Shown here: piece by piece, positions 9,975 through 20,351 of the stretch
Position numbering within the stretch: position 1 is the stretch's first letter
Layout: each line of letters starts with the position of its first letter
Source of the DNA: a virus
Strand: one strand, 5' to 3'
Virus record (IMG/VR): IMGVR_UViG_3300045988_160639
Length of the DNA stretch: 64,000 bases
Translations under genes and position numbers: made by a program
Notes under the pieces: model-generated
What the model was told of the DNA's origin: nothing
Seen by the model: only the letters and a program-made list of their open reading frames with translations
Database searches by the model: none

Positions 9975-11722
9975 TATTCCACCGCCCTTTCTAACAATTC
10001 GGTCTTGTGATTTTTAATAACTTCAATATACTTACCATCATTAGTCTTATAATATTTATCATCAACTGTTCCAACATCTACAACATAAGTGTTGCTCAAT
10101 AAGGACATTTCATATTGAGGATTATATAACTGTACACTAAATAAATAAGTTTGATTATCTTCTGGAATAGTATAAGTAATTACCTTATAAGCACCTTCAT
10201 TAAGCCACTCAAGATTAGCTGTTCCATCGGTATCAACGCTTTCTCCGATAAAGTTAGCTCTCATATATAACTTTACAAGAGATATTCCTATATCCTTGGA
10301 TTTTACATATAACTTAATTTTATTACCGTCAATTTCATGTTTGAATATAACTGGTTTTTCAAGCATATACTTGTTTCTTGTCTCAGAAGATAAATCCGTC
10401 TTTTCATCAGTATAATAAGGTCTGTAAATAGATAATCCCAAAGTCCATTCGTGATTTGAATAACCTATGCTTTTAATAGTATAAACATTGGTATCACCAT
10501 TCATAGTCGTGTACTCAATGCTTCTGCCAACAACCATAGAGGGATATTGAAACTGAGCAATGTAAATACCCACGAGAGTTATGTCAAAGGTCTCATGTCC
10601 GTATAGACCTTTGTAACATTCCCATCTTGCTCTGTTTCTGCATTTTTCATCAGTATCAAGCTCGGAACAATTAAATACTTTACTTCTAATAACATCGAAG
10701 TTATACATAGCCCAATCGCAATATCCATAATAGTTACCGTCTTTACCATAGACTTCTGCATAGCTTATAGTGTCACTGTCAGTATAGCTTGTTCCTTCAC
10801 TAATAATCAATCGGCTATAATCTCTGTAGTTTATAAGCAAATCTCCATATAATAGGGGAGACTTCTTTTGTATTCTTAGATTATCCTTTTCGTCTATCCA
10901 GTATGTGTAATTCTGCATACTATCTTCAAGAATACTATTTAAAATATCACTGACAGAACTGCCCTCTTCAAATTCATAATACTTTACCGTATCGTAGAAA
11001 TCTAAGCCATCTATGTAAATGTTTTTAACAGGAACTTCCGAATTGTTCTGTCTAAAAAACGTATTATTCTTTTCAACAAACTGACGTATAAAATCAGATG
11101 TAATAGGTGTATCATTTGCAATATGAATACCTAAAGGAAATCCTACTTCTCTTTGATTTCCCTCTTTGTCCGTTTCGAGATATCCTATCCTTGATGTAAC
11201 AAGGCTACCGCCATATTCAGACTTAAAACTTCCAGAACAACCAACCAAAGACATTGTGAATGTGCTTGTGGTCGCATCATAGTCATATTTATCATCTGTA
11301 GGAATAAAGAAGCCAAAATCAACTCGGTTCTTGGTTCCGTCAGGCAATTCAAAATCACACATCAAGCGGTACATTACAGGATTCCAACCTACGTTGATAA
11401 AAGAACCTAATTCATCATCATAACCTGCGTATTGTAAATGTTCTCTTCGCATGAACCACATTTTACTGTCTTTAGGAACATGAAGTGTCACATTTGCACT
11501 TTGACGTGATTCATTATCTACACTTGCAGAATAAGACCAATCCACAACATTAGGGGAGAAGTCCTCATATTTTGCACTATTTACAATATCAGAACTATAT
11601 TGATACACCCTGAATATAACGTGAGTTATAACATTGGAATTATATTCTTTGGGATTGAAATAGTTTTCTTTGACAGGCTGGGCAATATCATAATGTAAAT
11701 TAAAATTTTCTACAACACTCAT
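9974..11722 (-). CDS. Tail tip/baseplate structural protein
   Basis: 582-aa ORF in the post-TMP block, overlapping both neighbours. The call rests on position only. Confidence 0.45.
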   Translation of the reverse strand: MSVVENFNLHYDIAQPVKENYFNPKEYNSNVITHVIFRVYQYSSDIVNSAKYEDFSPNVVDWSYSASVDNESRQSANVTLHVPKDSKMWFMRREHLQYAGYDDELGSFINVGWNPVMYRLMCDFELPDGTKNRVDFGFFIPTDDKYDYDATTSTFTMSLVGCSGSFKSEYGGSLVTSRIGYLETDKEGNQREVGFPLGIHIANDTPITSDFIRQFVEKNNTFFRQNNSEVPVKNIYIDGLDFYDTVKYYEFEEGSSVSDILNSILEDSMQNYTYWIDEKDNLRIQKKSPLLYGDLLINYRDYSRLIISEGTSYTDSDTISYAEVYGKDGNYYGYCDWAMYNFDVIRSKVFNCSELDTDEKCRNRARWECYKGLYGHETFDITLVGIYIAQFQYPSMVVGRSIEYTTMNGDTNVYTIKSIGYSNHEWTLGLSIYRPYYTDEKTDLSSETRNKYMLEKPVIFKHEIDGNKIKLYVKSKDIGISLVKLYMRANFIGESVDTDGTANLEWLNEGAYKVITYTIPEDNQTYLFSVQLYNPQYEMSLLSNTYVVDVGTVDDKYYKTNDGKYIEVIKNHKTELLERAVE

Positions 11723-12249
11723 ACACTATTCACCAACTTAGTGCCACATTTCTGGCAATATATCGCAGTGGGTATAACAGTAGTATCGCATTTAGGACAG
11801 TGTAAAGGTTTTATATTATCCGATGTATAACGTTCTTCTGTCTGAACCCAACTACAAGACAATTTGTTATTATAAGCCACATCTACTGAGGTTTCACAAT
11901 TTAATTGTACCTCTGACTGGATTTCAACAGTCATTATCCAATCCTCAGAAAGTTTTAACTTCTTAGGCTTTCCGTTATGTAACCATTCTGCAAGAGCAAC
12001 TATCCAAGCTGTAGATGTATCAAGATTGAAGTCTTCTTTACAAGCTCCCTCTGAATTATCAAGCCATAATCCGTTTATTGTGCCAGTCCAATATGAAGCT
12101 TCGCCATCTCGGATAGCATAAGGAAATTTGTTATTCTTTGAGACTTTAACATCAACTGCCCTGTTATGAGTATTATCTTCACTGATTTCAACATCTGTGT
12201 AAAAGCAGAGACCAGTATCGTCCCAAATTTCAATTCCATTAAATTTCAT
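11719..12249 (-). CDS. Tail-associated protein with C-terminal zinc ribbon
   Basis: 176 aa ending 'HCPKCDTTVIPTAIYCQKCGTKL' (CxxC...CxxC). Confidence 0.45.
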   Translation of the reverse strand: MKFNGIEIWDDTGLCFYTDVEISEDNTHNRAVDVKVSKNNKFPYAIRDGEASYWTGTINGLWLDNSEGACKEDFNLDTSTAWIVALAEWLHNGKPKKLKLSEDWIMTVEIQSEVQLNCETSVDVAYNNKLSCSWVQTEERYTSDNIKPLHCPKCDTTVIPTAIYCQKCGTKLVNSV

Positions 12250-12265
12250 TTTTATTCACCGTCCT

Positions 12266-14233
12266 TTATTTAAGTTGTTCTTCATATAGCCTATGACGCA
12301 TTTCAGTCTGGAATTTGTTGAATTTTTCCTCATTCCAATCAGGGTCTTGCTTTACTTCTGCAGAAAGCATTGTATGATAGTTTTTGTATTGACGAAAGTT
12401 ATCCTCTGTTTCATCAGAATATATTAAATCATAACAAAAAACTGTGCCTGTATAATATTTTGACATATTCTCTATATCTGCATCTTCTGATTTATAATAA
12501 TCCAATACGATATTTATTACTGAATTATTCCAAAATGGCGAAGTAGAATTATTTAAAAGTTTTTGTTGGAAATCAAGTCCATGATAATCATACATATAAT
12601 AGGTTATTCCACCTTCATATGTAACATAATATTTCAAGTGTCCACCATCTTTTATAAACTCTTTTGCTTCACCTTCTTTAATATAAGTTTCATACCATTC
12701 AAGAGGTTCTTTTTTATTTATAGCTGCTGCTATTTCTCCCGCAGTCGGCGCATTTGTTAAAATATCATATTCGTTGCAATGATCGTCGTATGAATGTCCT
12801 TCTGAATACTGAGCGGTGTAATCAAAATACATATATTTTAAATCATAAAAATATGTTGACCCCGAACTAACATTTGTTCCTCTGTTTCCATCGTATGCTT
12901 TAATTCCCATTTTATTTATTTCTTCCGCAGTTAAAGGTCTTTTGTAATAGAAAGGAGTGCTGTACATACTGGATATAATAGTATTATCTGGGTAATCTAG
13001 AGGATAGTCAGGATGCTTTTCATTATAGACTCCAGCTGTTGTATAGAATTTCTTTATTTTTCCACCATAGTAAATAGTAATAAGAAATTTCTCACCAGTA
13101 GATGCCATGTATTCGCCTGGGATACCATTTATATTATTACTAGTACTATTGCAGCATTTTTGTCTTACCAATAAAGCATTGTCAGATAACCTATAAGTGT
13201 AGTTAATTATCTCCCAACCGCCTTGTGTTGAACTTTCATCTAAAAACCATTTATCATCCCAGCCTGTGTTCTGCGTTGCATATAATTCATGGTAACTGTC
13301 TTGACAATCAATACACTCAGACCTCATTATTGCACCGTTGAGGGTGGTTTTATAATATATTGTCCTATCTCCATTAACAGCTACTGTAATGGGCTTCATG
13401 ATTTCACAGCCTGTTGAAGCTACTATCTGCTTTATAGTATAAGTGCCTTTTTTTAATCTTAATGTAGGGACGGTAGAATTATTATAGTAATCTTTATATG
13501 GAGCATGATAATAATTAAAATTATTGGGAACTTTATTAGGAGTTAACCAATTATAGGATGCGTTATTAAGCCCAAAAGTGTAATACGTATCTTCGTCTTC
13601 AATTTTGAACTTATCCGTAGCGTAGTTATATTCTCCAACCTTTATGCTTTTATATACCCATTTTTTAGCTTCATTATCATAATAATCGGGCATAAATCTG
13701 TAAATATCACCAGAAGCTAAGATATATAAACAATAATACAGTTCGTGTGACATATCCTCAAAAACTGCATTAAGAGTATTAACATCAGCAATATTCTTAG
13801 CAATAAACAATGTTCTATATAATTCGGGTATTTTGGTCACAGAATACGTATCTAATGTATATCCGTTTTTTTCTTCCGTTGAGGTTGCCTCAGCAATAGA
13901 GAAAAAATCACGCCAAAGGGAACAATCTGCTATGTTTCCATTTTCATCATACGCAACAAAGAAAATACTCTCAGTATTATAATTTTGACCAATAGAACCA
14001 TACTTGATATTATTCTTATCAGTAGTCACATTTTCTTCATATTTTTCAAACATTTGTTTAATGGTCATATTCGTTAGTATCTTTTCATCAACCGTATCAA
14101 AATAATCCACCATCATATGAAATGTGATATTGTAATATTCATCATCGCTACTCTTCTTCGCAGGCACATAAAACAAACTCGGCTCCATGTACGCCCTTGA
14201 CCATCTTGTCAAAGTCTCCTTAACGTCCATCAA
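12266..14233 (-). CDS. Large tail structural protein (Tal-like by position)
   Basis: 655-aa Tyr/Asn-rich ORF, second gene after the TMP. Positional call. Confidence 0.45.
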   Translation of the reverse strand: MMDVKETLTRWSRAYMEPSLFYVPAKKSSDDEYYNITFHMMVDYFDTVDEKILTNMTIKQMFEKYEENVTTDKNNIKYGSIGQNYNTESIFFVAYDENGNIADCSLWRDFFSIAEATSTEEKNGYTLDTYSVTKIPELYRTLFIAKNIADVNTLNAVFEDMSHELYYCLYILASGDIYRFMPDYYDNEAKKWVYKSIKVGEYNYATDKFKIEDEDTYYTFGLNNASYNWLTPNKVPNNFNYYHAPYKDYYNNSTVPTLRLKKGTYTIKQIVASTGCEIMKPITVAVNGDRTIYYKTTLNGAIMRSECIDCQDSYHELYATQNTGWDDKWFLDESSTQGGWEIINYTYRLSDNALLVRQKCCNSTSNNINGIPGEYMASTGEKFLITIYYGGKIKKFYTTAGVYNEKHPDYPLDYPDNTIISSMYSTPFYYKRPLTAEEINKMGIKAYDGNRGTNVSSGSTYFYDLKYMYFDYTAQYSEGHSYDDHCNEYDILTNAPTAGEIAAAINKKEPLEWYETYIKEGEAKEFIKDGGHLKYYVTYEGGITYYMYDYHGLDFQQKLLNNSTSPFWNNSVINIVLDYYKSEDADIENMSKYYTGTVFCYDLIYSDETEDNFRQYKNYHTMLSAEVKQDPDWNEEKFNKFQTEMRHRLYEEQLK

Positions 14234-14703
14234 AATCCCTCCAAGTTCATAACACTGCCATCGGGGAAAGTGATCGCTGTGACTTCTTCCGATGAGCTAC
14301 CCTTATCCTTGACAGTCAGAGTAAATACCCTTGTCTCTTCTGTCTTGTCGGAAAGCAGCCAAGTCTCCGTTACTGTGCATTTCTCGGAGTCATATACTAC
14401 TTTTGACGGATGGTCAAACTCATAGTCGGTTATAACCTCTGCATAAACCATATCTCTCTGATTACTGGGTATAAACATTCTCACACGCTGACCTATTTCA
14501 GTCACGTTACAATTTTCAGCAAGCACATTAAAAGTAGAAGCGTTTGCGAATATTTGCCAACGTACTACTTTTTCATTATCATCTTTTATTGAACCTATTA
14601 CTTTACCAATATAGGTTTTATCAAAATCAGATTTGTTAATTTGTGAAGTAGTTCTATTTGTTATCTTATTAACAAAAGTGTCTAATGATTTTGTATAATC
14701 CAT
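14230..14703 (-). CDS. Distal-tail-protein candidate (first gene after TMP)
   Basis: 157-aa ORF directly downstream of the TMP. Positional call only. Confidence 0.4.
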   Translation of the reverse strand: MDYTKSLDTFVNKITNRTTSQINKSDFDKTYIGKVIGSIKDDNEKVVRWQIFANASTFNVLAENCNVTEIGQRVRMFIPSNQRDMVYAEVITDYEFDHPSKVVYDSEKCTVTETWLLSDKTEETRVFTLTVKDKGSSSEEVTAITFPDGSVMNLEGF

Positions 14704-14713
14704 ATTTCACCAC

Positions 14714-14754
14714 CTAAAAATACAATGCCCTCACCATAATTCAGGCGAGGGCAT
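14714..14754 (-). terminator. Hairpin/attenuator after the TMP
   Basis: Stem ATGCCCTC / GAGGGCAT (14725-14732 / 14747-14754) followed on the minus strand by TTGTATTTTT. Confidence 0.5.
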
Positions 14755-14761
14755 ATAATTT

Positions 14762-17700
14762 TTATATTTTAGTATTATCAAGCTTTCTGTTCAGCTGATT
14801 AAACGCATTCGTGATTTCTTTCGCAGCCACATCCCTAAATGCTTCAACAGTCTTTTTATCGGCACTACCTTCAACATTTACAGTAAGATTTACAACAGGT
14901 TTGTTATTTACGTTATTAACATTGCTGTTAGAAACATTGTTAATGGTATCACTCATAGACTTATTCATCTTATCAACAATAGGATTATAGTTACTATTGA
15001 ACGCATTAGTAATAGGACTAATATCCACTTTACCAGCCCTAACTGCTCTCATAAAGTCAATAAACGTGTCATAACCTGCAAAGCTTCCCTTGCTTGTCTT
15101 TTCACTGTTGTTATGTTCCTGCCATTCTTCCTTAGAAGTAGCATAGACCTTGTAACCTAATCCCTCAACAACTTCACCATTGATCATAACTTGCTTCTTA
15201 GTAAGTTTGCCTGTCTTGGGGTCAGCGACAAGATTAAAGCCACCTGCGACCATAGAATTATCAGTCTTATCCTTATTATCGGTATCAGCCTGAGTAACTA
15301 TGTCTTTAAGAATAGAAGTTAAATCCTGTGTAGCAAGTGTATTGTCATCTACCGTACTTGAATACTTTTCAAAGGCAGAATAATCAAAAGTATAATCACC
15401 GTTAGGCTGTACCTTGACAACACCTGTATCAATAACTTTCTGACGTTCAGTATCAGACAATTCAGACATTGCTTTAGATATATCACCTGACTTAGAAAGC
15501 TTTTTAACAAGTCCAGTATTAGAAGAAGTCTGTTTCTTGTCACCGCCAAGCTGCTCATAAATCTTTTCAACAGCTTCATAGGTTTTTTCACCCTGTGTTT
15601 TCTGTTTTTCAAGATTATCCTTTACGTTATCATAATAAGTTGTAGCAGCTTCTTTCTGCTCTTTGAGAACATTGATTTCTTCTTCACGATAAGCTTCTTC
15701 AAGGTCTTTTCTGCTCTCTTCAAGTTCTTGTTGAGCTTTCTGCTGATTTTCAGTCGATGTCTGAACAGACATTCCAGCGCCATCAAAGTAAACGTAATTG
15801 TTCTTAGCATCTTCACGTTTAGCTTCATCAAGAGCCTTTTCTTTTTCTTCGACTTCAAGTTGAGCATCTTTGATTTTCTTGATTCTGTCTTCTGTATCTT
15901 TGATTTTTTCAAGGGCATCTATTTGTTTGTCATAACTGTCTTCGATTTTATCAGAAAGTTCATCAACCTTATCAATACGCTCATCCATCATATCGGAATA
16001 ATCGTCTTTGAGTTCACTGATATAATCCTTTTCAGATTCGATTTCCTTCTTATTGATGTCGATAAGCTTGTCATTAAGACTGTCAAGGTCATCTATAAGT
16101 GCCTCTATATCGTCAGTATTTCCGCTTATAGTACCGTTTCTGATACCGTCAATTCTTGCCTGAGTTTCGGTAATAGCCTTGTTTATCTGGTCACGGGCAT
16201 AGTCAAAGCTTGCTGTAATTGTAAGCTTATTGCCGTCTCCGTCCTTATAGCTGTCAAGAGCCTTATCAGCAAGCTTTTCAAGGTTATCAATTTTCTTGTC
16301 AAAAAGCTCTTGCTCTTGCTCTTGTCTCCACTTGTAAACTTCTTCCTCGTGCTTCCAGAGTTCGTCTTGATAATCGGTAAGTTTACCATAAACACGCTGA
16401 CTTTCACTGTCAAGCCAATCATAATACTCTTGTGCTGAAATCTGTTCCATTTCAAGAAGATGTTTCTTTTCTTCATTATCTTTCTTGAATTGTTTTACAG
16501 CAGCAGGGTCGCCTGAATCAGTACCTGCTTTATAAATTTCATCTATTATTGTCTGATAACCAGCAATTTCAGTCTGTAAATTAGATATCTGTTCATCAAT
16601 AAAGGAAGTATCTAATCCACTTGCACTTCTTGATTCATTTATAAGCTGTAGTCTTGCGAGAAGAAGTTCTTTAGCAGAAATTTTGTTTTTGTATTCCTGT
16701 GCTTCAAGTTCTTTAAGCTTCTCAATATTAACCACAAGCTTACCATTCTGAACTTCAAGACATCCAGTAAAGTTACCACCCATTTCCTGCAATTCGGTAT
16801 ATGTAGATGAGGAAATATATCCGTTCTCATTCATATCTTTCATTGCAGTGGCTATAAGCTTTACTCTCTTAGACACATTATCTACAGTAGAAGCAAAGTT
16901 GTCCGCTGCTCCACTACACTCATCTAAGAGTAATGTGTTTTGAGCAATTACGTTATTCGCATCTTCGATATTTTGCCGTTCTGTCTTAATAGCGTTGTCA
17001 AGTTCTTTTTTACGATTAGCTGCATCACTGTTATGTTTAGCTGCTTCTGTAAGTAATTCTGACTCTTTTTGATAAGTATTTATGTTTTCCTCAGCTATAC
17101 TAATTGAAGATTTTGCACTATCAATATCTGCCTGAATACTATCTTTCGTAGATTTGATATACTCATAACGAGACTGGGTTAAATCCTTTATAGCAATAGT
17201 ATAGCCATCGGCTGTCTTAACAAATTTATCAGCAAGAGAGCTATCAAGATTAATCATTGACATAACGTCACTGAAATCAATAGCCTTACCATCTTGAATA
17301 GACTGAATAGCTTCATCAAAGATATTTGTATTCTTAAAAGTATCTTCGATTTTCTCCTTGACGGTATTTAAACTTTGTTTTAAGGCAGAAACATTAGTTG
17401 TTACAGTAGGGAATATTTCTACTTCAACTGGGATCGGCTCTGCTGTAAACTCATCAAAAATAGACATTCCTTCAAGAGTAGACTTAATGCTATTTTTAAT
17501 ATCGTCTTCGGAACCAATGAATTGATTTCTCAGTTCTGTTCCAGCCGTTGTTGCATCAGAAATCAGAGTGTTATAAAACTGTTTAAATTCCTCTTGTGTC
17601 TTTGGTAACTCTTTACCTTTAAGACTTTCAAGAACAGCAGTTTTAGCAGCATTTTGATTTAAAGCTGTTACTTCATCTGTATAGTTTTCATAAGCTGTTT

Positions 17701-18853
17701 TGAGTTCATTGAGACGAGAATTGATTTCTTGATATATTTTTAATTCTCCTGCTTTTTGAGAACCAAATTTAGAAACTAAAGCATCTTGCATTTCCATTAA
17801 GGTTTCATAATTTTGCTTGATGCCTTCGACCGTGCTTGTATCGCCCAACAGATTGAACACTGCGTTTGTTACATTATCATTTTTAGACAAACCAACATCT
17901 TTAAAGATTTTAAGATTACCAATATCCTTAAAAGCAGAAATAATTTTATCAATTTCTGTATCAAATTTATTGGGTTCAATCTTATAATTGGCTGTTTTAA
18001 ATTGATTTCCATCCCAAACGCTTTGTCCGATTTTTAAAAGTTCATCTTTGTAAACATCTACGCTTGCAACTAAATCATCGTGTGTACTTTTAAGAGATTC
18101 GATAGTAACATTAGAAATAGCCTTTTCAAGAGAACCATATTTTGAGGTTAATTCATCTACTGCTATTCCTTCAAGTCCTAAAGTTTTAAGAAGTTCATCT
18201 GTAGCAGAATTTAAATCTTCTTTGCTGCCAGTTCCATCGACAACAGCTTGATTAAGTTCAAGATATTTTGTGTAAAGATTAGATATTTCAACGGATGTTT
18301 GTTTTGCTTCGGTGGCTGTTTGTTTTGTCTGTTCAGCAAGTTCTTTTTGCCTATTGACAACTTTAGTAATTCCTGCTATAATAACATTAAAAGCAATCGT
18401 TACGATTGCCATTTTAGCAAGCTGAAAAGCAGTTGACATAACTTTTGTAACAGCCGTCAATGCTTTTTCTTTAATCGTTAAAGCCTGTGTTTCTACTCCT
18501 AAAGCAGCCATTCTTGCTCTTGTTGTATCTACACGAGTGTTATACTCTTCTTGTGTTATCTTACCGGCATTAAGCTGTGCATTATATCGTTTTAGATTAT
18601 TTTGGCATTTAATATAACTTAAAGCGTTCTGCTGTGCTGTTGAAGAAGCGTTTTTCATTACATTATTATAAGCTAAATGATAATCTGTACCTTTTTGTAA
18701 TTCCTGATTAAACTTTTGCAATGCAATAGTATCACTGCTTTTAAATAGTGTTGATACAATATTTCCACCAGATAATTTAAAATCTTTGATAGTAGATTCA
18801 AAAGATTTTCCAACAAGATTACCTAAACTTGTACCAAGTGTCTTAAATACCAT
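14762..18853 (-). CDS. Tape-measure protein, C-terminal 1363-aa segment (coiled coil, one hydrophobic segment)
   Basis: Very long K/E/Q/L-rich coiled-coil ORF with the TM-like 'MSTAFQLAKMAIVTIAFNVIIAGITKVV'. There is no Shine-Dalgarno upstream of its ATG (AAACGATAATTGTTTT-ATG) and the frame is open only 8 codons further upstream. Confidence 0.7.
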   Translation of the reverse strand: MVFKTLGTSLGNLVGKSFESTIKDFKLSGGNIVSTLFKSSDTIALQKFNQELQKGTDYHLAYNNVMKNASSTAQQNALSYIKCQNNLKRYNAQLNAGKITQEEYNTRVDTTRARMAALGVETQALTIKEKALTAVTKVMSTAFQLAKMAIVTIAFNVIIAGITKVVNRQKELAEQTKQTATEAKQTSVEISNLYTKYLELNQAVVDGTGSKEDLNSATDELLKTLGLEGIAVDELTSKYGSLEKAISNVTIESLKSTHDDLVASVDVYKDELLKIGQSVWDGNQFKTANYKIEPNKFDTEIDKIISAFKDIGNLKIFKDVGLSKNDNVTNAVFNLLGDTSTVEGIKQNYETLMEMQDALVSKFGSQKAGELKIYQEINSRLNELKTAYENYTDEVTALNQNAAKTAVLESLKGKELPKTQEEFKQFYNTLISDATTAGTELRNQFIGSEDDIKNSIKSTLEGMSIFDEFTAEPIPVEVEIFPTVTTNVSALKQSLNTVKEKIEDTFKNTNIFDEAIQSIQDGKAIDFSDVMSMINLDSSLADKFVKTADGYTIAIKDLTQSRYEYIKSTKDSIQADIDSAKSSISIAEENINTYQKESELLTEAAKHNSDAANRKKELDNAIKTERQNIEDANNVIAQNTLLLDECSGAADNFASTVDNVSKRVKLIATAMKDMNENGYISSSTYTELQEMGGNFTGCLEVQNGKLVVNIEKLKELEAQEYKNKISAKELLLARLQLINESRSASGLDTSFIDEQISNLQTEIAGYQTIIDEIYKAGTDSGDPAAVKQFKKDNEEKKHLLEMEQISAQEYYDWLDSESQRVYGKLTDYQDELWKHEEEVYKWRQEQEQELFDKKIDNLEKLADKALDSYKDGDGNKLTITASFDYARDQINKAITETQARIDGIRNGTISGNTDDIEALIDDLDSLNDKLIDINKKEIESEKDYISELKDDYSDMMDERIDKVDELSDKIEDSYDKQIDALEKIKDTEDRIKKIKDAQLEVEEKEKALDEAKREDAKNNYVYFDGAGMSVQTSTENQQKAQQELEESRKDLEEAYREEEINVLKEQKEAATTYYDNVKDNLEKQKTQGEKTYEAVEKIYEQLGGDKKQTSSNTGLVKKLSKSGDISKAMSELSDTERQKVIDTGVVKVQPNGDYTFDYSAFEKYSSTVDDNTLATQDLTSILKDIVTQADTDNKDKTDNSMVAGGFNLVADPKTGKLTKKQVMINGEVVEGLGYKVYATSKEEWQEHNNSEKTSKGSFAGYDTFIDFMRAVRAGKVDISPITNAFNSNYNPIVDKMNKSMSDTINNVSNSNVNNVNNKPVVNLTVNVEGSADKKTVEAFRDVAAKEITNAFNQLNRKLDNTKI

Positions 18854-18905
18854 AAAACAATTATCGTTTTGAAATAATTATTTTTACTTAGTAGGAGGTT
18901 TTATT

Positions 18906-19223
18906 ATGGCAAATATTGAAATACCAGATGAATTTGTAACCTGTATCGAATGTGGCGAATTTTATGATATAAATGAAATTCCATCACGAATCTGTCCCAA
19001 ATGTGGTGGAAAACTTTTGCCTGATAGTGAATATTTTGCAAGAGAGGTAGGATTTGTTGAACAACCCACTCCCCAAAACGTCCCCAAATGCCCCACTTGT
19101 GGAAGCACTAATGTAGAAAAAATATCTACAGCTCAAAAAGCTTTTGGTTTTGCTTTGGTTGGATTGTTTAGTAGTAATCTCGGTAAAACTATGCACTGTA
19201 AGAACTGCGGATATAAGTGGTAA
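18906..19223 (+). CDS. Double zinc-ribbon protein with a hydrophobic segment
   Basis: 105 aa. AGGAGG Shine-Dalgarno 8 nt upstream. 'CIECG..CPKCGG' and 'CPTCGS...[11 protein letters not shown]...CKNCGYKW'. Confidence 0.6.
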   Translation: MANIEIPDEFVTCIECGEFYDINEIPSRICPKCGGKLLPDSEYFAREVGFVEQPTPQNVPKCPTCGSTNVEKISTAQKAFGFALVGLFSSNLGKTMHCKNCGYKW

Positions 19224-19244
19224 GGTAAAAAAGATAAACATATA

Positions 19245-19285
19245 AAAGAAATACCTGCTCTTTGGAGTAGGTATTTCTTTTATAA
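19245..19285 (+). terminator. Intrinsic terminator of the zinc-ribbon gene
   Basis: 12-bp perfect stem AAAGAAATACCT / AGGTATTTCTTT (19245-19256 / 19269-19280) followed by a T-rich tail. Confidence 0.7.
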
Positions 19286-19296
19286 TTATATATTGA

Positions 19297-19338
19297 CAAC
19301 ATAAACAAAATCACCCACCTTATTCAGATGGGTGATTT
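19297..19338 (-). terminator. Intrinsic terminator of the MazF-like gene
   Basis: Stem AAATCACCCA / TGGGTGATTT (19308-19317 / 19329-19338) followed on the minus strand by TTTTGTTTATGTT. Confidence 0.7.
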
Positions 19339-19467
19339 CCTACAATGAAACAGGCTAATTAAAGCCGCATCGGTATAAAACCGAACTACAATCAATGCTG
19401 TTAATTGATTACATTTAATAGTATAGCACATTACTTTACATTTGTCAAGAACTTTTTGTAAAATTTA

Positions 19468-20016
19468 TTATTTGTTAACTATTGGATGATAACTGTATTT
19501 CATTATACTATTATCAATATTCAGTAATGTTTGTTGATCAACATAAGCATTAGATAATTTTGTTAAGTCAACTCTGATTACACTAACAGTTGTAACTCTT
19601 AACGTATTAACCCATCGGGGACGGAATGACATATTATAAATATTAGAGATTTCTACCCAATATCCTTTTGTTTTTCGTTTATTTAATATTTTTTGATCTA
19701 TAGGAGAACTATCAAGTGGAATAACAGTTATTGCATCAGAACCAATAAATGTTCTAAGTATAATTGCAGGGTGTCTTCCACCAAACTCACTACCAATATT
19801 AAAGCCAAAATCCACCCAAACAATATTACCACGTTTTATCATTGATTTTTGCTCTTCAGATAAAACAAAATTCCTTTCCCTTTTAATAGAATCGATATGT
19901 TCAGATAATGCAGAAAGATAATTCTTAGTACGTTTTACATCTTTTGCATTGTTATTATCAGTATCATTAATTAAATCTTGTAATTTAGAATTAACTTCAT
20001 TTAATAAATTTTGCAT
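19468..20016 (-). CDS. MazF/PemK-family toxin-like protein with a ~60-aa helical N-terminal extension
   Basis: 'RGNIVWVDFGFNIGSEFGGRHPAIILRTFIGSDAITVIPLDSS' matches the PemK/MazF core signature (G.I..V.F....G.E..G.RPa.vl....v.v.P.ts). The start is set at the ATG at 20016, preceded by AAGGAAGTG. The ORF-track start at 20076 lacks a Shine-Dalgarno. Confidence 0.7.
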   Translation of the reverse strand: MQNLLNEVNSKLQDLINDTDNNNAKDVKRTKNYLSALSEHIDSIKRERNFVLSEEQKSMIKRGNIVWVDFGFNIGSEFGGRHPAIILRTFIGSDAITVIPLDSSPIDQKILNKRKTKGYWVEISNIYNMSFRPRWVNTLRVTTVSVIRVDLTKLSNAYVDQQTLLNIDNSIMKYSYHPIVNK

Positions 20017-20047
20017 ATTGACACTTCCTTGTTGATATACTATTAAA

Positions 20048-20076
20048 ATAATAGCATATTTACAAGTAAATGTCAA
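20048..20076 (-). promoter_or_regulatory. Sigma-A-type promoter of the MazF-like gene with a palindrome in the spacer
   Basis: On the minus strand: TTGACA (20076-20071), 17 nt, TATTAT (20053-20048). The spacer contains the palindrome TTTACTTGTAAA. Confidence 0.6.
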
Positions 20077-20155
20077 TATTTATAAAAAATAATATATAAT
20101 TATGTTAAAACAAGCATTTTAATTTTGTGCATTTTGCTAAAAGTAAAAATACGTA

Positions 20156-20191
20156 TTGACATACTACAATAATTGTAGTATTATTGTAGTA
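20156..20191 (+). promoter_or_regulatory. Sigma-A-type promoter plus operator of the RHH-BRO operon
   Basis: TTGACA (20156-20161), 17 nt, TATTAT (20179-20184). The palindrome TACTACAATAATTGTAGTA (20162-20180) overlaps it and ATTGTAGTA is repeated at 20183-20191. Confidence 0.65.
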
Positions 20192-20210
20192 ATGAATGGA
20201 GGTGGACATT

Positions 20211-20351
20211 GTGAATGATAAAGCTTTAAATATCAAAATACCACAAGAGCTATATGATAAACTTAAACAAGAAGCTGAAAGAAAACATATTTCACTTGCT
20301 TCATTAGTAAGACTTATTTGTTCTGAATATTTTGAGAAACAAAGCTTATAA
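20211..20351 (+). CDS. Ribbon-helix-helix (CopG/Arc-like) DNA-binding protein
   Basis: 46-aa ORF missing from the ORF track (below 60 aa). GTG start 6 nt after GGAGGTGG. 'NIKIPQELYDKLKQEAERKHISLASLVRLICSEYF' fits a beta-strand plus two-helix RHH pattern. Confidence 0.65.
   Translation: MNDKALNIKIPQELYDKLKQEAERKHISLASLVRLICSEYFEKQSL

Noticed and set aside
15349-16476. Several 87-236-aa ORFs in other frames or strands inside the TMP segment (15349-15612, 15622-15918, 15728-16438, 16183-16476)
   Set aside because: They are low-complexity K/L/F/S-rich translations of a repetitive coiled-coil gene. They lie wholly inside a much longer ORF with a coherent TMP-like sequence.
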